Notes under the pieces: generated by a model | Database searches by the model: none | Told to the model about the DNA's origin: nothing | What the model saw: the letters and a program-made list of their open reading frames with translations, nothing else | Assembly: GCA_038496445.1 (NCBI GenBank) | Contig: JALMLS010000277.1 | Span: forward strand, 1 to 64,000 | Reading direction: 5' to 3' | Source of the DNA: Trichosphaerium sp. ATCC 40318 | Taxonomy: Eukaryota; Protista; Tubulinea | Length of the DNA stretch: 64,000 nt | Position numbers and translations under genes: made by a program | Shown: positions 1-12,209 of the stretch, one piece after another | How positions within the stretch are numbered: position 1 is the stretch's first letter | Layout: every line of letters starts with the position of its first letter

Positions 1-27
1 TGTGCATAACGGTGACTGTTTCAATAG

Positions 28-498
28 GGTTAACGAGTAAGTGGGAATTATTCCCGGTTGTGATTTGGTATGGATTTTGTCTTGGTGCTATACAATCTGT
101 TAGCCGGTAAGAAGTTCAATGGAGTAATTTCTGCTGTCTATTTTTTGTACTAAAAGTTGACTGTTTTAGCGTTTTATTTGCAAGTCTTGTTCCTCCTGGC
201 TATGAAAGCGAGTTTTTCGGGTTCTTTGAAATTACAAATCGCGGAAGTACATGGGTAGGACCTTTTGTTGCTGCTGGATTAAAGGAAGCCACTGGAACAC
301 TTAGATGGGCATTTTTATATGTTCTTGTATGCTTTGTTACCGAAACTCTTGATGAAATGTTCACAGTCTATTTAGGTAGCTTTGTTGATATCACTGCCGT
401 TAATGTACTTTGTAAATGTCAAAAAGGGTAGGGAACAAGCCATCAAAGGCGCAAAACAGCTAAACAAGATTGATGATGTTGAGTCATCAGTCGGGTAA
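28..498 (+). CDS. ATG22: Atg22/UMF1-family MFS transporter, 3' part (gene starts before the window; 3 exons here)
   Basis: Spliced translation YGFCLGAIQSVSR|VLFASLVPPGYESEFFGFFEITNRGSTWVGPFVAAGLKEATGTLRWAF matches the Atg22 C-terminal motif; stop TAA 496-498. Confidence 0.8.
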
Positions 499-1054
499 TA
501 AACTAGAATTATCCAACAGAATATGTACTTTTTCTAATACATTTTGTGGATAACAACTTCAGTTTACGCCAGTTCTTGCACTTTCAGTTCAAAGGTTGAC
601 AGCTGATTTTTTTTGCGCTCAAGAATGGTTCAAAGCAAAGAATTTCAGTGTTTGGAGGAGTTTTTAAAACAAAAGCCGTTACCGCTATGTACTCAAACAA
701 AAACCCAGCGTTAATAAGTTCTAGGGCTGAGTTGCATAACCAAGGTGGTGGGTTAGCTTTTTGATAGTATGAAGCATACAAGATGAAGTTTTCGAGGTGC
801 TATAAACAAGTGATAACTGTAATCCTGACTTAAACATACTCTTCTTTTTATCCGACAGCCCGAGTGCCATGAACTCACATTGTACAAAGGTGGACTATCT
901 CATTATCAACAGAGACTATGGTGTAATCTAATAATAGCTACAATTACAACCGCACTTTCACAGAATAGCTTTTTTTGTGTTTTCTCGGTAATAAAACACG
1001 TGGCTACTAATCTCGCTTTACCTTTGTTAATTACGCACTCACACTACTGATTTG

Positions 1055-2517
1055 ATGCTAAAAAATAGTTTAAACGCTGAAGATCATAGGTAAGCACTAC
1101 ATTACTCTATATCGCATTCTAACGCAATCAAAAGAGCGCAAATAAGCATATTAGACTTCCCAACAGAGATTTTAGCAACCATCTTACGCCAAACTACAAA
1201 AGCACGTTTTGCAGCTTGTCAAACCTGTCATCGGTTTGCCTCTATCATCCATGACATTATAGGATACTCAAAGGTTTGTATTTCAAGTGTTGCGCAGGCA
1301 AAAGCACTCTTACGACATTCAAGCACTCTTCAGCACACGAAAGTCAAAATTTTGTACAAACAATTATGGTGTCCTGATGATGTTGTCAAAGCACTTGCTG
1401 GCATTCGTTCAATCGATATTAATTCTTGCAGTGTAACAGATGAAGCCATCAAGGCACTGTCTGGCGTTCATACCATTAATATAAAATTTTGTAATTGTAT
1501 TACAGACGAAGGTGTCAAGGCACTTTCTGGTGTCCACACTATTGGTCTCAGTTTTACAAAAATAACAGATAAAGGGTTAAAAGCTCTTTCTGGCGTCCAC
1601 ACTATTAATCTCACTTTTACAAAAATAACAGATGAAGGGATAAAAGCTCTTCTGGTGTACATAAAATTACTCTCGGTTCTACAAATGTAACAGATGAAGG
1701 GTTAAAAGCTCTTTCTGGTGTACATGAAATTGATCTTAGTGGATGTAACAACATAACAGACAAAGGAATAACAGCCCTTTCTGGTGTACACACTATTGAT
1801 GTCGGTTCTACAAAAATAACAGATGAAGGGTTAAAAGCTCTTTCTGGTGTACACACTATTGATCTCACTTATACAAGAATAACAGATGAAGGGATAAAAG
1901 CTCTTTCTGGTGTACATAAAATTAATCTCTGTTCTAGAAATGTAACAGATGAAGGGATAAAAGCTCTTTCTGGTGTACACACTATTAATCTCGGTTCTAC
2001 AAAAATAACAGATGAAGGGCTAGTAGCTCTTTCTGGAGTACATGAAATTAACCTGGTGGGTTGTAAAGGTATTTCAGATTACGGCATAAAGGCTCTTTCT
2101 GGCGTACATAAGATTGAGCTTAATGGATGTAAAAACATAACAGACAAAGGGATAACAGCTCTTTCTGGTGTACACACTATTAATCTTGGTTCTACAAATG
2201 TAACAGATGAAGGGATAAAAGCTCTTTCTGGTGTACACACTATTAATCTCAGTTTTACAAAAATAACAGATGAAGGGCTAGTAGCTCTTTCTGGAGTACA
2301 TGAAATTAACCTGGTGGGTTGTAAAGGTATTTCAGATTATGGCATAAAGGCTCTTTCTGGTGTACACACTATTGATGTCGGTTTCACAAATATAACAGAT
2401 GAAGGGCTAGTAGCCCTTTCTAGTGCCCACAAAATTGGTCTACGAGGGTGTCAAGGCATAACAGATGACGGTGTCATATCTCTTTCTAGTGTACATACAA
2501 TTATAGGCCGACATTGA
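1055..2517 (+). CDS. F-box + about 17 short (21-22 aa) LRR protein; one 5' intron; 1-nt frameshift at about 1650 (pseudogene or assembly error)
   Basis: ATG 1055, intron GTAAG..AAG, F-box SILDFPTEILATIL...CQTCHRF, repeats SGVHTINLSFTKITDEGIKAL; GCTCTTCTGG at about 1646-1655 lacks one T compared with the GCTCTTTCTGG of the other units. Confidence 0.85.
1397..2517 (+). repeat. Tandem 63/66-nt LRR-coding repeat array with near-identical DNA scaffold
   Basis: Recurrent ACAGATGAAGGG...AAAGCTCTTTCTGGTGTACA; about 100-nt block 1999-2102 repeated at 2257-2360 with one mismatch. Confidence 0.9.
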
Positions 2518-2646
2518 GCGGTGTTTATGAAACGTAGTGTACTACCAGAAGTGCTTACTCCAGATTAGCTTTAGAAAAAATAAAAGATTCCATTCATCAA
2601 TTTCAGACTTGCTACCCACTATTAAGTCTCTTTTTTATTAAAAGCA

Positions 2647-4151
2647 ATGGGAGGTAGGCTGAGCACGATCATACACAGTCCAGACCAAACCCTATTGTGG
2701 AATTTGCTGCCTAATGAAGTGTTTGTTCAAATCCTTTTTAAATTACCTGTTATTTCTGTTATAAGCCTGGGTACGCGTAAATACTGTTTTCAAATAAATA
2801 CAGCATAAACAATTTCGTTAAACATTCCGTTAACGTTTTAAAAAGGAGCCACGTGTCATGAAATACATGATAGAACCTGTTTTAATGAATACTATTGGAA
2901 GAAAACATGCTTACAATCGTTTTACGTTTCAAAAGCGTTAAAGTCGAAGTACACGTCTTGGTATAATGTAAGATACTAGGTTTACGCCGAATCCGTTATG
3001 CTAAAGCTCTATTAAGGTGTATAAAGAAATATCAAAGTCGGAAAAGATAAATATTGTCATTTACAGCTACAAGATGCACAAGGTGTTTAAGAAAATGTTC
3101 AACATAGATACAGTCACTGACCGAAGTGCACATACAAATGAACACTACAACACATGGGAAAACGTGGAAGAAGGATATGTTAGGCATTGTGTACGTCGTT
3201 GATTTTGAAGAAACACGAAATAAATCACGTGCCAACTTAGAAAACTAGAAAACTCTCCTATAGCGTCTACGCAAGGAAGCAGTCTTGACCGCCTTTAACA
3301 TAGCTGTAAGATAAACTTTCTTATCTAGTTCCAACGACTAAGATACTATAAGCTCGTTTATTAACCTAATAGTTGTGCCCATCCTGCAACTTATGTTTCT
3401 TTTTTCTTTCAATTAAACAACTTATTTTGTACTCTCATGGATACTAATGCTTCGTTATAGGTTGTCGTTTCTGACATTTGTATTGAAAATAGTAAACAAC
3501 TAGTGCGCATTCAACTAGTAATGTACCACAACTTGGATGGATTCGAAATGGCCATTGGGTACTACTCAATAAAAACCACTTAAACAAACGCATAGTTTTA
3601 GGCCAAGGATGCTGCTGTTCCCAAAAAACAACAAAACTTCTATTTTAATGGAAGATGTATCCCTTAGGAAAACGGTAATAACTAACTATATCACCTGATT
3701 TTCACGTGACTTACAAAAACAAACATTGGAAAAAGTACACTTTTTTATTCGATTTTCATTCTTTTCATAGGGAGATGTAGAGTATATTTTACATGCAAGA
3801 AGGGGATCAACAGATGGAATAGCATTCAAAGAGAATAGTTCAGAAAGCAGAGTACATTTAAAGTACTCCGATAATCTTCTACAAATACTTGAATCTCTTC
3901 TCTCTTTTTACTTTTCACAACAAAATCAGACAGCCAAGGGTGGCTTTGACATTATTCAAAAGGTACAATAGTAACGATTCTTTAGTAGCAAATACTCAGT
4001 TGTTTGCTAGGGACGCTGGACGAGTTGTGTTGATATTTCACCTGACCCTTGGGATTACAGAGAATTTGGATTAGGAAAGTTACCAAAATTATTTCTTGAA
4101 AGTAGATTCACATGGATAAAGCCACCATGTTTCAGGTGTGGTATGGGCTAA
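2647..4151 (+). CDS. F-box protein with uncharacterised C-terminal domain, possible N-myristoylation (multi-exon)
   Basis: MGGRLS start; F-box LLWNLLPNEVFVQILFKLPVISVISL|GATCHEI...NEYYWKKTC; exons joinable by GT-AG to TAA 4149-4151; exon structure around 3190-3460 uncertain. Confidence 0.7.
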
Positions 4152-4372
4152 CCATAAAAGAGCTCTTCGTTAAAGTAGCTTTAAAACAACAAAACTAGAG
4201 AAGGAAAACTGGAGTCACTAAACGACAAATTGTCAACATTTGTCATACATATTGGTTGTAGCAGCATTTTGATTTGGTATCATCAGGTTGAGACACTGTT
4301 GACTAAATAAAATTAGTGTAAAGACGAACCTGGCCTCACATAGTACTCCTTAATAAGTATGCTGTTGTCACG

Positions 4373-5737
4373 ATGAATCGTTTATTGACATTGAGGCTTA
4401 AACTATTAAGTCAACTTTGTAAGTACAAAAAAAGTTGTAACATGGAGAGCAACGGTTCAAATAGGAGTATATTTGAGCTCACAGCGCTTCCGGTTGAGAT
4501 AATAGTTCATATCTTAAAGTCTGGAACGTTTACGCTGCGGTCAGCCCAAACGTGTCATTTATTGCGAGATATCGTACACAACCACGTGGGATACAAAGAA
4601 ATTAGAGTTAAGAGCGAAGATGAGTTATTTATGCTTTCTGGCAGTCCTTTGCTTCAGAATACACGTATTTCATTGTACAAGTTTCGTGAGGTTACTAACG
4701 ACAGCCACTTGCGTTTACTTTCAGGAGTACAATCAATAGACTTGAGGGGTTGTAACGGAATAACAGATGAAGGCATCCAGGCACTGTCCGGAGTACACCA
4801 AATTAATCTATCAAACACAAACATAAGTAATGAAGGCCTAAAGGCGTTGGCAGGTGTACACGAAATAGACTTATATAAGTGTGCAGAAATAACACGTGGA
4901 GGTGTTAAAGTATTGGCTGGCGTACACACAATTAATTTATACTATGTAGATGTATGCGATGAGGATCTCAAGGCATTGGCTGGCGTGTATAACATCAACT
5001 TGGCTTTTTGTTCTGGAATAACAGATGCAGGAGTTAAATCGCTGGCTGGTGTTAGTAAGATTGATTTATCACACACAGCAATTACAGATGAAGGGTTGAG
5101 AGCACTTGCAGGTGTTATAAAAATCACATTGACTCGTTGTAAGGAAATAACAGATGAAGGAGTCAAAGCTTTGGCTGGTGTAAAGAAAATCAACTTGTCC
5201 AAGTGTAGACAGATAACTGATGAGGGCATCAAAGCGTTATCTGGTGTAGAGACTATCGACTTAAAGTTTTGTTGCAAAATAACAGATGAAGGCATAAAGG
5301 CGCTGTCTGGTGTAAAACAAATTAACTTAGCTTCATTATACAAAATCACAGATGAAGGTCTCAAGGCATTGGCTGGTGTGAAGGATATTTCTTTGCAAGA
5401 CTGCACATTAATAACAGATGAGGGTATTGCTGCATTAGTTGGAGTACAGATCATTGATTTATCATCAACAAATGTTGGTGATAAGAGCTTGAAAGTATTA
5501 TCAGGTGCACACCGTATAAAATTAAGCAGTTGTCAAAGAATAACAGATGAAGGCATCAAGTCATTGGCTAATGTTAACACATTATACTTTAAGTGTTGTA
5601 CAACAATAACAGATGAGGGGCTCAAGGCATTAACTGGAGTAACTTGTATTTATTTACGTGATTGTATCAATATAAGTGACGAGGCCATGAATATATTACG
5701 TACACAAGGTGTACGTGTATATGACCTTTCATTCTAA
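4373..5737 (+). CDS. Intronless F-box + LRR protein, paralog of 1055-2517 (alternative start 4442)
   Basis: F-box LTALPVEIIVHIL...AQTCHLLR followed by about 15 repeats of the [AS]GVxxIxLxxCxxITDEGxKAL type. Confidence 0.9.
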   Translation: MNRLLTLRLKLLSQLCKYKKSCNMESNGSNRSIFELTALPVEIIVHILKSGTFTLRSAQTCHLLRDIVHNHVGYKEIRVKSEDELFMLSGSPLLQNTRISLYKFREVTNDSHLRLLSGVQSIDLRGCNGITDEGIQALSGVHQINLSNTNISNEGLKALAGVHEIDLYKCAEITRGGVKVLAGVHTINLYYVDVCDEDLKALAGVYNINLAFCSGITDAGVKSLAGVSKIDLSHTAITDEGLRALAGVIKITLTRCKEITDEGVKALAGVKKINLSKCRQITDEGIKALSGVETIDLKFCCKITDEGIKALSGVKQINLASLYKITDEGLKALAGVKDISLQDCTLITDEGIAALVGVQIIDLSSTNVGDKSLKVLSGAHRIKLSSCQRITDEGIKSLANVNTLYFKCCTTITDEGLKALTGVTCIYLRDCINISDEAMNILRTQGVRVYDLSF

Positions 5738-6057
5738 CTTTATTTGGTTTTTTTTCATCTTGAAAGAGCACCTAATTGGTGATTGTTGTCCCCCTGTAAA
5801 TATGTGTTACCACCATTGGATATCGGATGTTCGAACCAGTGGACAGCGGTTGAACGGTAATGTACCCTCTGATGTTTATAGTTATGCCATATTGCTCGAG
5901 CAAGTACAGTATAATATTTGTCGTCTCATGTTATTTGCTTTCGCTTCTAGGTGATTGCAGAGGTAAAACATTAGAACAAGTAACATATGTACAAATAGTG
6001 ACTATAGCAGTAAACAAAACGAAACGCGATTTACGAAGTGCTTATTTATTATCCAAG

Positions 6058-9000
6058 CTAGCGAAATTGGTAAGACGTGTTATGTGTTGGATAAGATGAT
6101 GTTCTTTGTGGTGATCTTCGCGCTGGACTGTTAGTTGTAAAGTTTGTATTATAGTCATAACTGGCCGTAGGATCATATGGGGGAGAAGATGAAGGGGACC
6201 TGTAGTAGAGTCAGTGGTGTCTTAGCGAGGGAAAAATTGAGTTTTCTAAGGTAAGAAAATAATAAGAAAAAAATACCTTCGTGGTTTAGTTGCAGTAGAT
6301 ACTACAGAAGGTCTGTATCTTTCTTGATTAGAATGTCTTCTATCTCTATGTGTCTACATAAAATACAAAATAAGTCAAAGGTATTACCGGAATAGAGATA
6401 TTTGACGTACAGGTGAAGTAGCACTCTTTTGAGGCTTTTTTTTAGGTTTTACAAAATCGTCAACGTGTGTTGATGCTGGACGACTTGTGTTTGGTTTCCT
6501 TGTACGAAATGGGTCACGTACTACACGCTTAGCATTATTCTTAAAAGACAGCTTCGATACATCAGTAGCCTTCTCTGGACGACGTTCAGACTTTTTCGTT
6601 TCTGGTTTTTTTTCAATCTTAAAGTATTCCTCATCTGCTTTGATGTAGTTATGGAACATATCCGCTTTGGATAGAATATTTATACAATCTTCCAACTCTT
6701 GCTCAATATTGGTTACAATAACACAACGTGTTTCCATCCTATGAGTAAGTGGTAAATATAAAAGTTTCCTCTTTTTTTTGCTCTAGGTTTTTTTTACCGT
6801 TCTTTGTATGTTCGTGGTGCACTGTACTCTGGTACACCTTGATGCTGCATCAACGAAATCTTTGATTGTAATTCTTTAACTCTAGAAACCAAATCATCTT
6901 GAGGCTACAAAGAGTTAATAAAGATACAAGTCAAAAGACTTTGACAATGACCAAATTATCAAAAAAAAAAACCCAGAAAAAACGTGTTCTCTTACCTTTA
7001 CCAAATCAGTAAACTTACTGAATACTACAACTGTATCTGCAGCTGTATCACTTCTAGCAACACCAGATATAAAACTAAATAATTGTTGCGACAATGCCGA
7101 ATGAACAACAATATTCTCCAAAAATGTTAAAAGAGATTGTATCACAACATTAGATGACGCATTGTCTTTTTTGAATTTCTCACATACATCAAGCAAAGAT
7201 GTAAGAGGATAAGCAATGCTTTGATTAATACCATGATCTCTACCATGTCTCTTATTCTTATGGCTAGAAACCCAATTACTAAGTATTTGTTGAGCACCAT
7301 AAAGTGTCTGGCAAGTTACTGATAGTATGTACAGAGCACCAACACATTTTTGTGCATTAGTAGAATTGTCAAGTACTGTCTTTAGTCCATTGATGATTGC
7401 ATCGAATGTGCTGGCAGCAGGTAATGCCTCGATGATAGATAACCCTTCTTGATGCATTAATGGTCTATTACTAGCCAAGTGTATGCGATAGTCACAGATA
7501 TTTTGTATTATCTTAAAGCAAAGTCCATTCACAACATCACCATAATTTGAAGTTAATACTGTAATAAAAGGGTTGATAGCGCCATCACATATTGAGAATA
7601 GGATCTTTCCAGAAGGTTGTAATGATATACGCCATACCAAGAATATAATACGAGAAAGTGCTTCCTCAGAAATGTTTGTAGTGTCGCTCATTTTATCACT
7701 AGATAACAACTTAAAAACAACTTAAAAACATTTTTCTTTGAAAATAAACCATCAAAATTGACGACGTACTCTTCTTTGATTGATTCATCCATCTGATCAC
7801 TTAAGAGCTTTACAAGCGCTTTGAATAACTAATTCATTTTTAATAAAAAAGTATCCGATAGCAGTTAATGAGGACGTACTTTTGCGGCTGGAGTACCACC
7901 AAGGTCAACTATTTTACAAAATACAGAGCTTAAACGTTCAAATATAATTTGCGAGTTTGTCAAAGCAAGAGTATCCACAAACTCTCCTAGTTTACCTAGA
8001 TTATATAGTTAAGATAACAAATAACTACCTTTAATAAACAAACCATACCTCTCTTTATAAAATCGCACTGATCAAGCCAAAATTTACGTTTCAAAATTTC
8101 TTTATTAGCAATCTCAGCCAATGAACTGTTTTGCATGTCATTGGTTTTAAAAGGTACTGGTAACACCTCAAGTAACTGTTAGTGATACACAACATGGATT
8201 TAAACATATACAGACGTACAGGAGGTAATATATTATCAAGTAATACCAAGGTACTATAAAAGTACTTTGGACAAGAATAAGAAAACTCCATAATTCTTGG
8301 TAACATTGAATTCTTTCTTGCTCCTTTCCAACGAGAAAATATATTATAAGTCTGTTTGTGTATATTTGTAATCAGATTCGTCTTTCTGCTCCCTAATGAA
8401 TGTGGTGCACTCAATGGCAAGCAAGTCGTTGTTGAATAAATCTACATTTGTATGAGCTCAAAGAGAAGAAACTAAAAACAAAGAAAAAAAATCACGTGAT
8501 GTGTACCTCCAGAATTACATTGAGCAACGCTGTGTTCGAATATGTAGCTAAATCAGGAAGCTGAATAAACATAGAACACAGAAGTTTAAGCGAAGCTAAA
8601 ACAACACCAAGCTCAATACATTCTTGGTTGATATCCACAAACACGTATTTAGAATCCTAAAAATACTATTAGATAATGCGTACAACAACAAAAAGTTACC
8701 CATTTTGAGTCTAGTTGAGTGGACATATTCAAAAGGATCTTAGTTATGTGTTCTGTCGTATCTTGACTGAATAGCATTATACATGTGTCCATATTATGTG
8801 CAACAGCTGTAAGTACTCGTAATGATGAAGTGAGCGTAATCATTGTATCCAAAGTGTATAGCTGAGAAGACTCAGAAGTATCTAAATAATAATTAAATAA
8901 CATTCCCTCTAAAGGAATAAAAACGTACCTTCTGTTTCAGAGGCTGTAGAGTCTAATAGGTTGACAACAGCTTCAATCTATATCTCGTTATGTAAATTCT

Positions 9001-11885
9001 TTTAAACACAATACTTACCCCGTCTTGATTAAGTAAAAGAGCTGGGTGAAGCCACTTTACAATCTGTACAAGGCTCGCGTGGAATTCTTTGGACCAATTC
9101 TTTTTCTTCTTCTCGCCTCCTTGTGCAATATCTTCAACAATATCAACAACCATCATATGCATGTCTGCACCCTAGTAACTGTATCAAGATCATTGTATTT
9201 TACTAGATATAATCACTTACTTCTGTAACGACTGCGTTCACACTTGATTCACGTTGAAGGATATAAAGTAGTAGTTGTATAGCATACTGGAATAACTGCG
9301 GCTCATCTAGTAATTTAATAAGCACACCAAATACCATGATTACTTCATACCCATTAATTCTTCATTCGGAGACGAGAGAACTTGTAGAATAGTAGACATG
9401 CCTTCACTTTGCAAGAGAGTAGACACTACTGCTGCTGCGCCAACATTTGTAGTACACAAAGTATTCAAGTCACGCAATACACTAATACGTGTAGCTGTAA
9501 TAATCTTAATCAAAAGGTATCATTATATGTTTGTCACGCACCTGTGGATGTTGCTTGTACAAGCTTTTCTACTTGACGTAGACCTTCCTATAGATACAAT
9601 AAACAAAAAATTTCAAAAAGCACGTGGATTTTAAGTACCATATGATAAGCCAATTGATACCCAAGGATTCTCCCAGTACAAAGATCAGGGTATTTAATGC
9701 AAGATGAGATATCAGGACAACTATACTCTTCTCCTTCTTCAGCACTAAACCCTGGTTACAACAAACTCAAAGGAAATAAATAACGTACCCTTCCATTAAA
9801 ATGCCTTTCATTGTAGTAACCAAATTAGCATGTTTTGCCAAATAAGCCAAGCCACCGCGTGTCTTCAAAAAGAATAATAGAATAGAGCGAATATGTTGAA
9901 ATATGTACAAGAATACGCTTGATTGACGGACTACTGGACTTGCCAAAAGTAACAGAAGTAGAAGCAATAACCGCCTTGCCTGAATCCAAAATAAGCAAAG
10001 AATTTGGAGAGATCTAAAACAGTACGAACATCTAATAAGTTCTCTACACCTTGAGACATGTCTAATTCCTCTTTTACCATATTTGGTTCAATTTCAGCTC
10101 TCCATGGCATTTGGTATGATGGGGAGCTTAGAGTAATGCAAAGAGAGTGCAATTGCTAAGAACAACAAATATTAGATTTTTCGAGTTTCCAAGTTTTAGC
10201 TTTGTAGCTTTGGTGATAAATAGAACGTACCCTAAGAGAAACAACAATTGGTTCTACAAGTTCTGCACTAAATATAAAGTTAGCAAAGAGATTTCAACTA
10301 ACCACAGTGTTTATACAACGTACGTTGAGTCACCCCAATCTGACGAACCAATGATAACTTCAACTTGAAGATCAAACTTTGTTAAACAATCATAAAGATG
10401 AGCAATTTTTGTTATCTCTTCCAAAACGCTTATGACACGAGGTGATTGAGGTTGTGTTAATAGTTTAACGCAAACTTGATACCCATGTTCAGTTTCTGCC
10501 TCATCATACATGCTAATACTTGAAGACAAAACAGCTGAGTTTAAGAACTTGTCAGCTGCCACTGAATGCGTCAAACAGCTTCTCAGAGCTGTCAGCACTT
10601 GCAATTTTAGTTGGGATGTCATCTCTAGGCTATCAGCAGAAAGATGTGGATAAAAAGATTCTAAACCATCACGTTTTACAAACGCATCAACAAATCCAAG
10701 TCCAGCTCTTGCCATAGCACCCACAAGAGTTAAACTCGCTTCAAAAGCTGATAAACGTAATTTAGTATGATGCTCTCTCTAGGGTTAATACGTTAATCAA
10801 ACAAAATCAAACAAGGCATCGACTGATACGGACGTACGTCGTCATCACCAAAATCAGAGCTTAAATCCAAGAATTTTAAACAAATTGTTACAAGCTCGTC
10901 TATAATGTCATAGCATGCTTCAACTGATTCTTCAGAGTCTCCAATAGCTTCTAGTGGTAATTTTGATACATCAGATATTACACGAATTTGACGTGATACT
11001 GTTGTAGATGGAGACAAATCTTTACAAATTTCTTTCAAATCGCCAATGATTTTTAATTTTTCCTTTTTCGAAAAAAACTCCGTTAGTTTCTCTCAGACAC
11101 TACCAATTTATGTTTGGTTATATTCTTTCTGTTCTTACCTCTTCGTATGCTCCTCTTGGATTTGTTATTATAGCGCCAAACCGTTTAAAAGAGCAATTTT
11201 TTGGATTGAAAGCATATGATGGTAATAAGTCTTCTATCTTAGGATAGTCCTCTCTTGAAATACGTGGGGTGGCCCAAAGTTGATCTGCGTCTTTTTGAAA
11301 TGTTAGGCTTGTGACATTTTACGTTGAATTGGAAAGACGCTCTCAGCGACGCTGTAGAAGCTTTTTTGAGGACTAATAGTTTTTTTACCTTTGCTTTGGT
11401 TTTTCACGTATTTCTTAAGCGAAGAACCTTCTCTTCCGTACACGCAAAGGCTTACATTGTCAAAACCGCCTTTAATAACAAGTTGATCGGTTACAACCTA
11501 CATTATTCAATAAAACTCTTTGATAGTTTCGTACCTTATTAATAATGGTAAATTCGTTGTTTGTAACCTCTTCATAGTTTTCATCACATAGACATGAGTA
11601 TTTGGCTGTCTTTCCGCTGTCATCTAGCGCATACACAGCGAAAGGGAATCTCCTGGGCGTTGTCGATCTGCAATTAATCAATTTGGCGTATTGAATAAAT
11701 TTAACAAACCCTCTAAAGCTTCTGGCGCTGGGATGGTGATTAATTGGCGCCTCTCCACTGTCTAAAATGCGAATTTGCGTTACAATTACAGGTTTTTCAA
11801 ATCGCATTGTTTCCAGAGGTGGTTTGTAGTCTGCCCTATGGGCTTGCCTTTTGTAGGTGTCACAAAACAACAACTCAGACGCCAT
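6058..11885 (-). CDS. VIRMA: Virilizer/VIRMA, m6A methyltransferase complex scaffold (multi-exon)
   Basis: N-terminal VIR_N-like ELLFCDTY...MRFEKPVIVTQIRI...VVTDQLVIKGGFDNVSLCVYG and C-terminal DPFRTRKPNTSRPASTHVDDF, corresponding to the animal/plant NTSRPPSMHVDDF motif; AATAAA follows the stop. Confidence 0.88.
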
Positions 11886-12209
11886 AGCGTATCACCCACT
11901 CTAAAAAAGCGTTGATTAAACGGTAGCGTGGTGTCGTTGTAATGATCAACCTTCAGTGTTATTGCAAACAAGATAACGGACTGTTGTACAGGCGAAGTTA
12001 AGCCAAGGTTAGTTTCTGAGTACTACACTTCGTAAATACGCCAAAGGAGTGCTAAAACAATACACAGCCGCAGTTTGCCAAAAAAGCCAACAAGTCAAGG
12101 TTTATTTTAAGTACAACGCTAATTTACTACCAACCTTGTGTTTGCTTTGAAGGACATACACTGTACATTTTGCGCGAACATAAAAGGACGTTGATCCTAA
12201 CTCCACGCA

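Noticed and set aside
1397-2517. Regularly spaced DNA repeats resembling a CRISPR array
   Set aside because: Units are 63/66 nt, codon-phased and encode LRRs; the intervening parts are homologous, and there are no cas genes in this eukaryotic context
1468-5454. Antisense ORFs over the LRR genes (PSSVI repeats)
   Set aside because: Reverse-strand shadows of the LRR codons
5820-5860. GGTTCGAA on the minus strand (tRNA T-loop-like)
   Set aside because: No T-stem or cloverleaf around it
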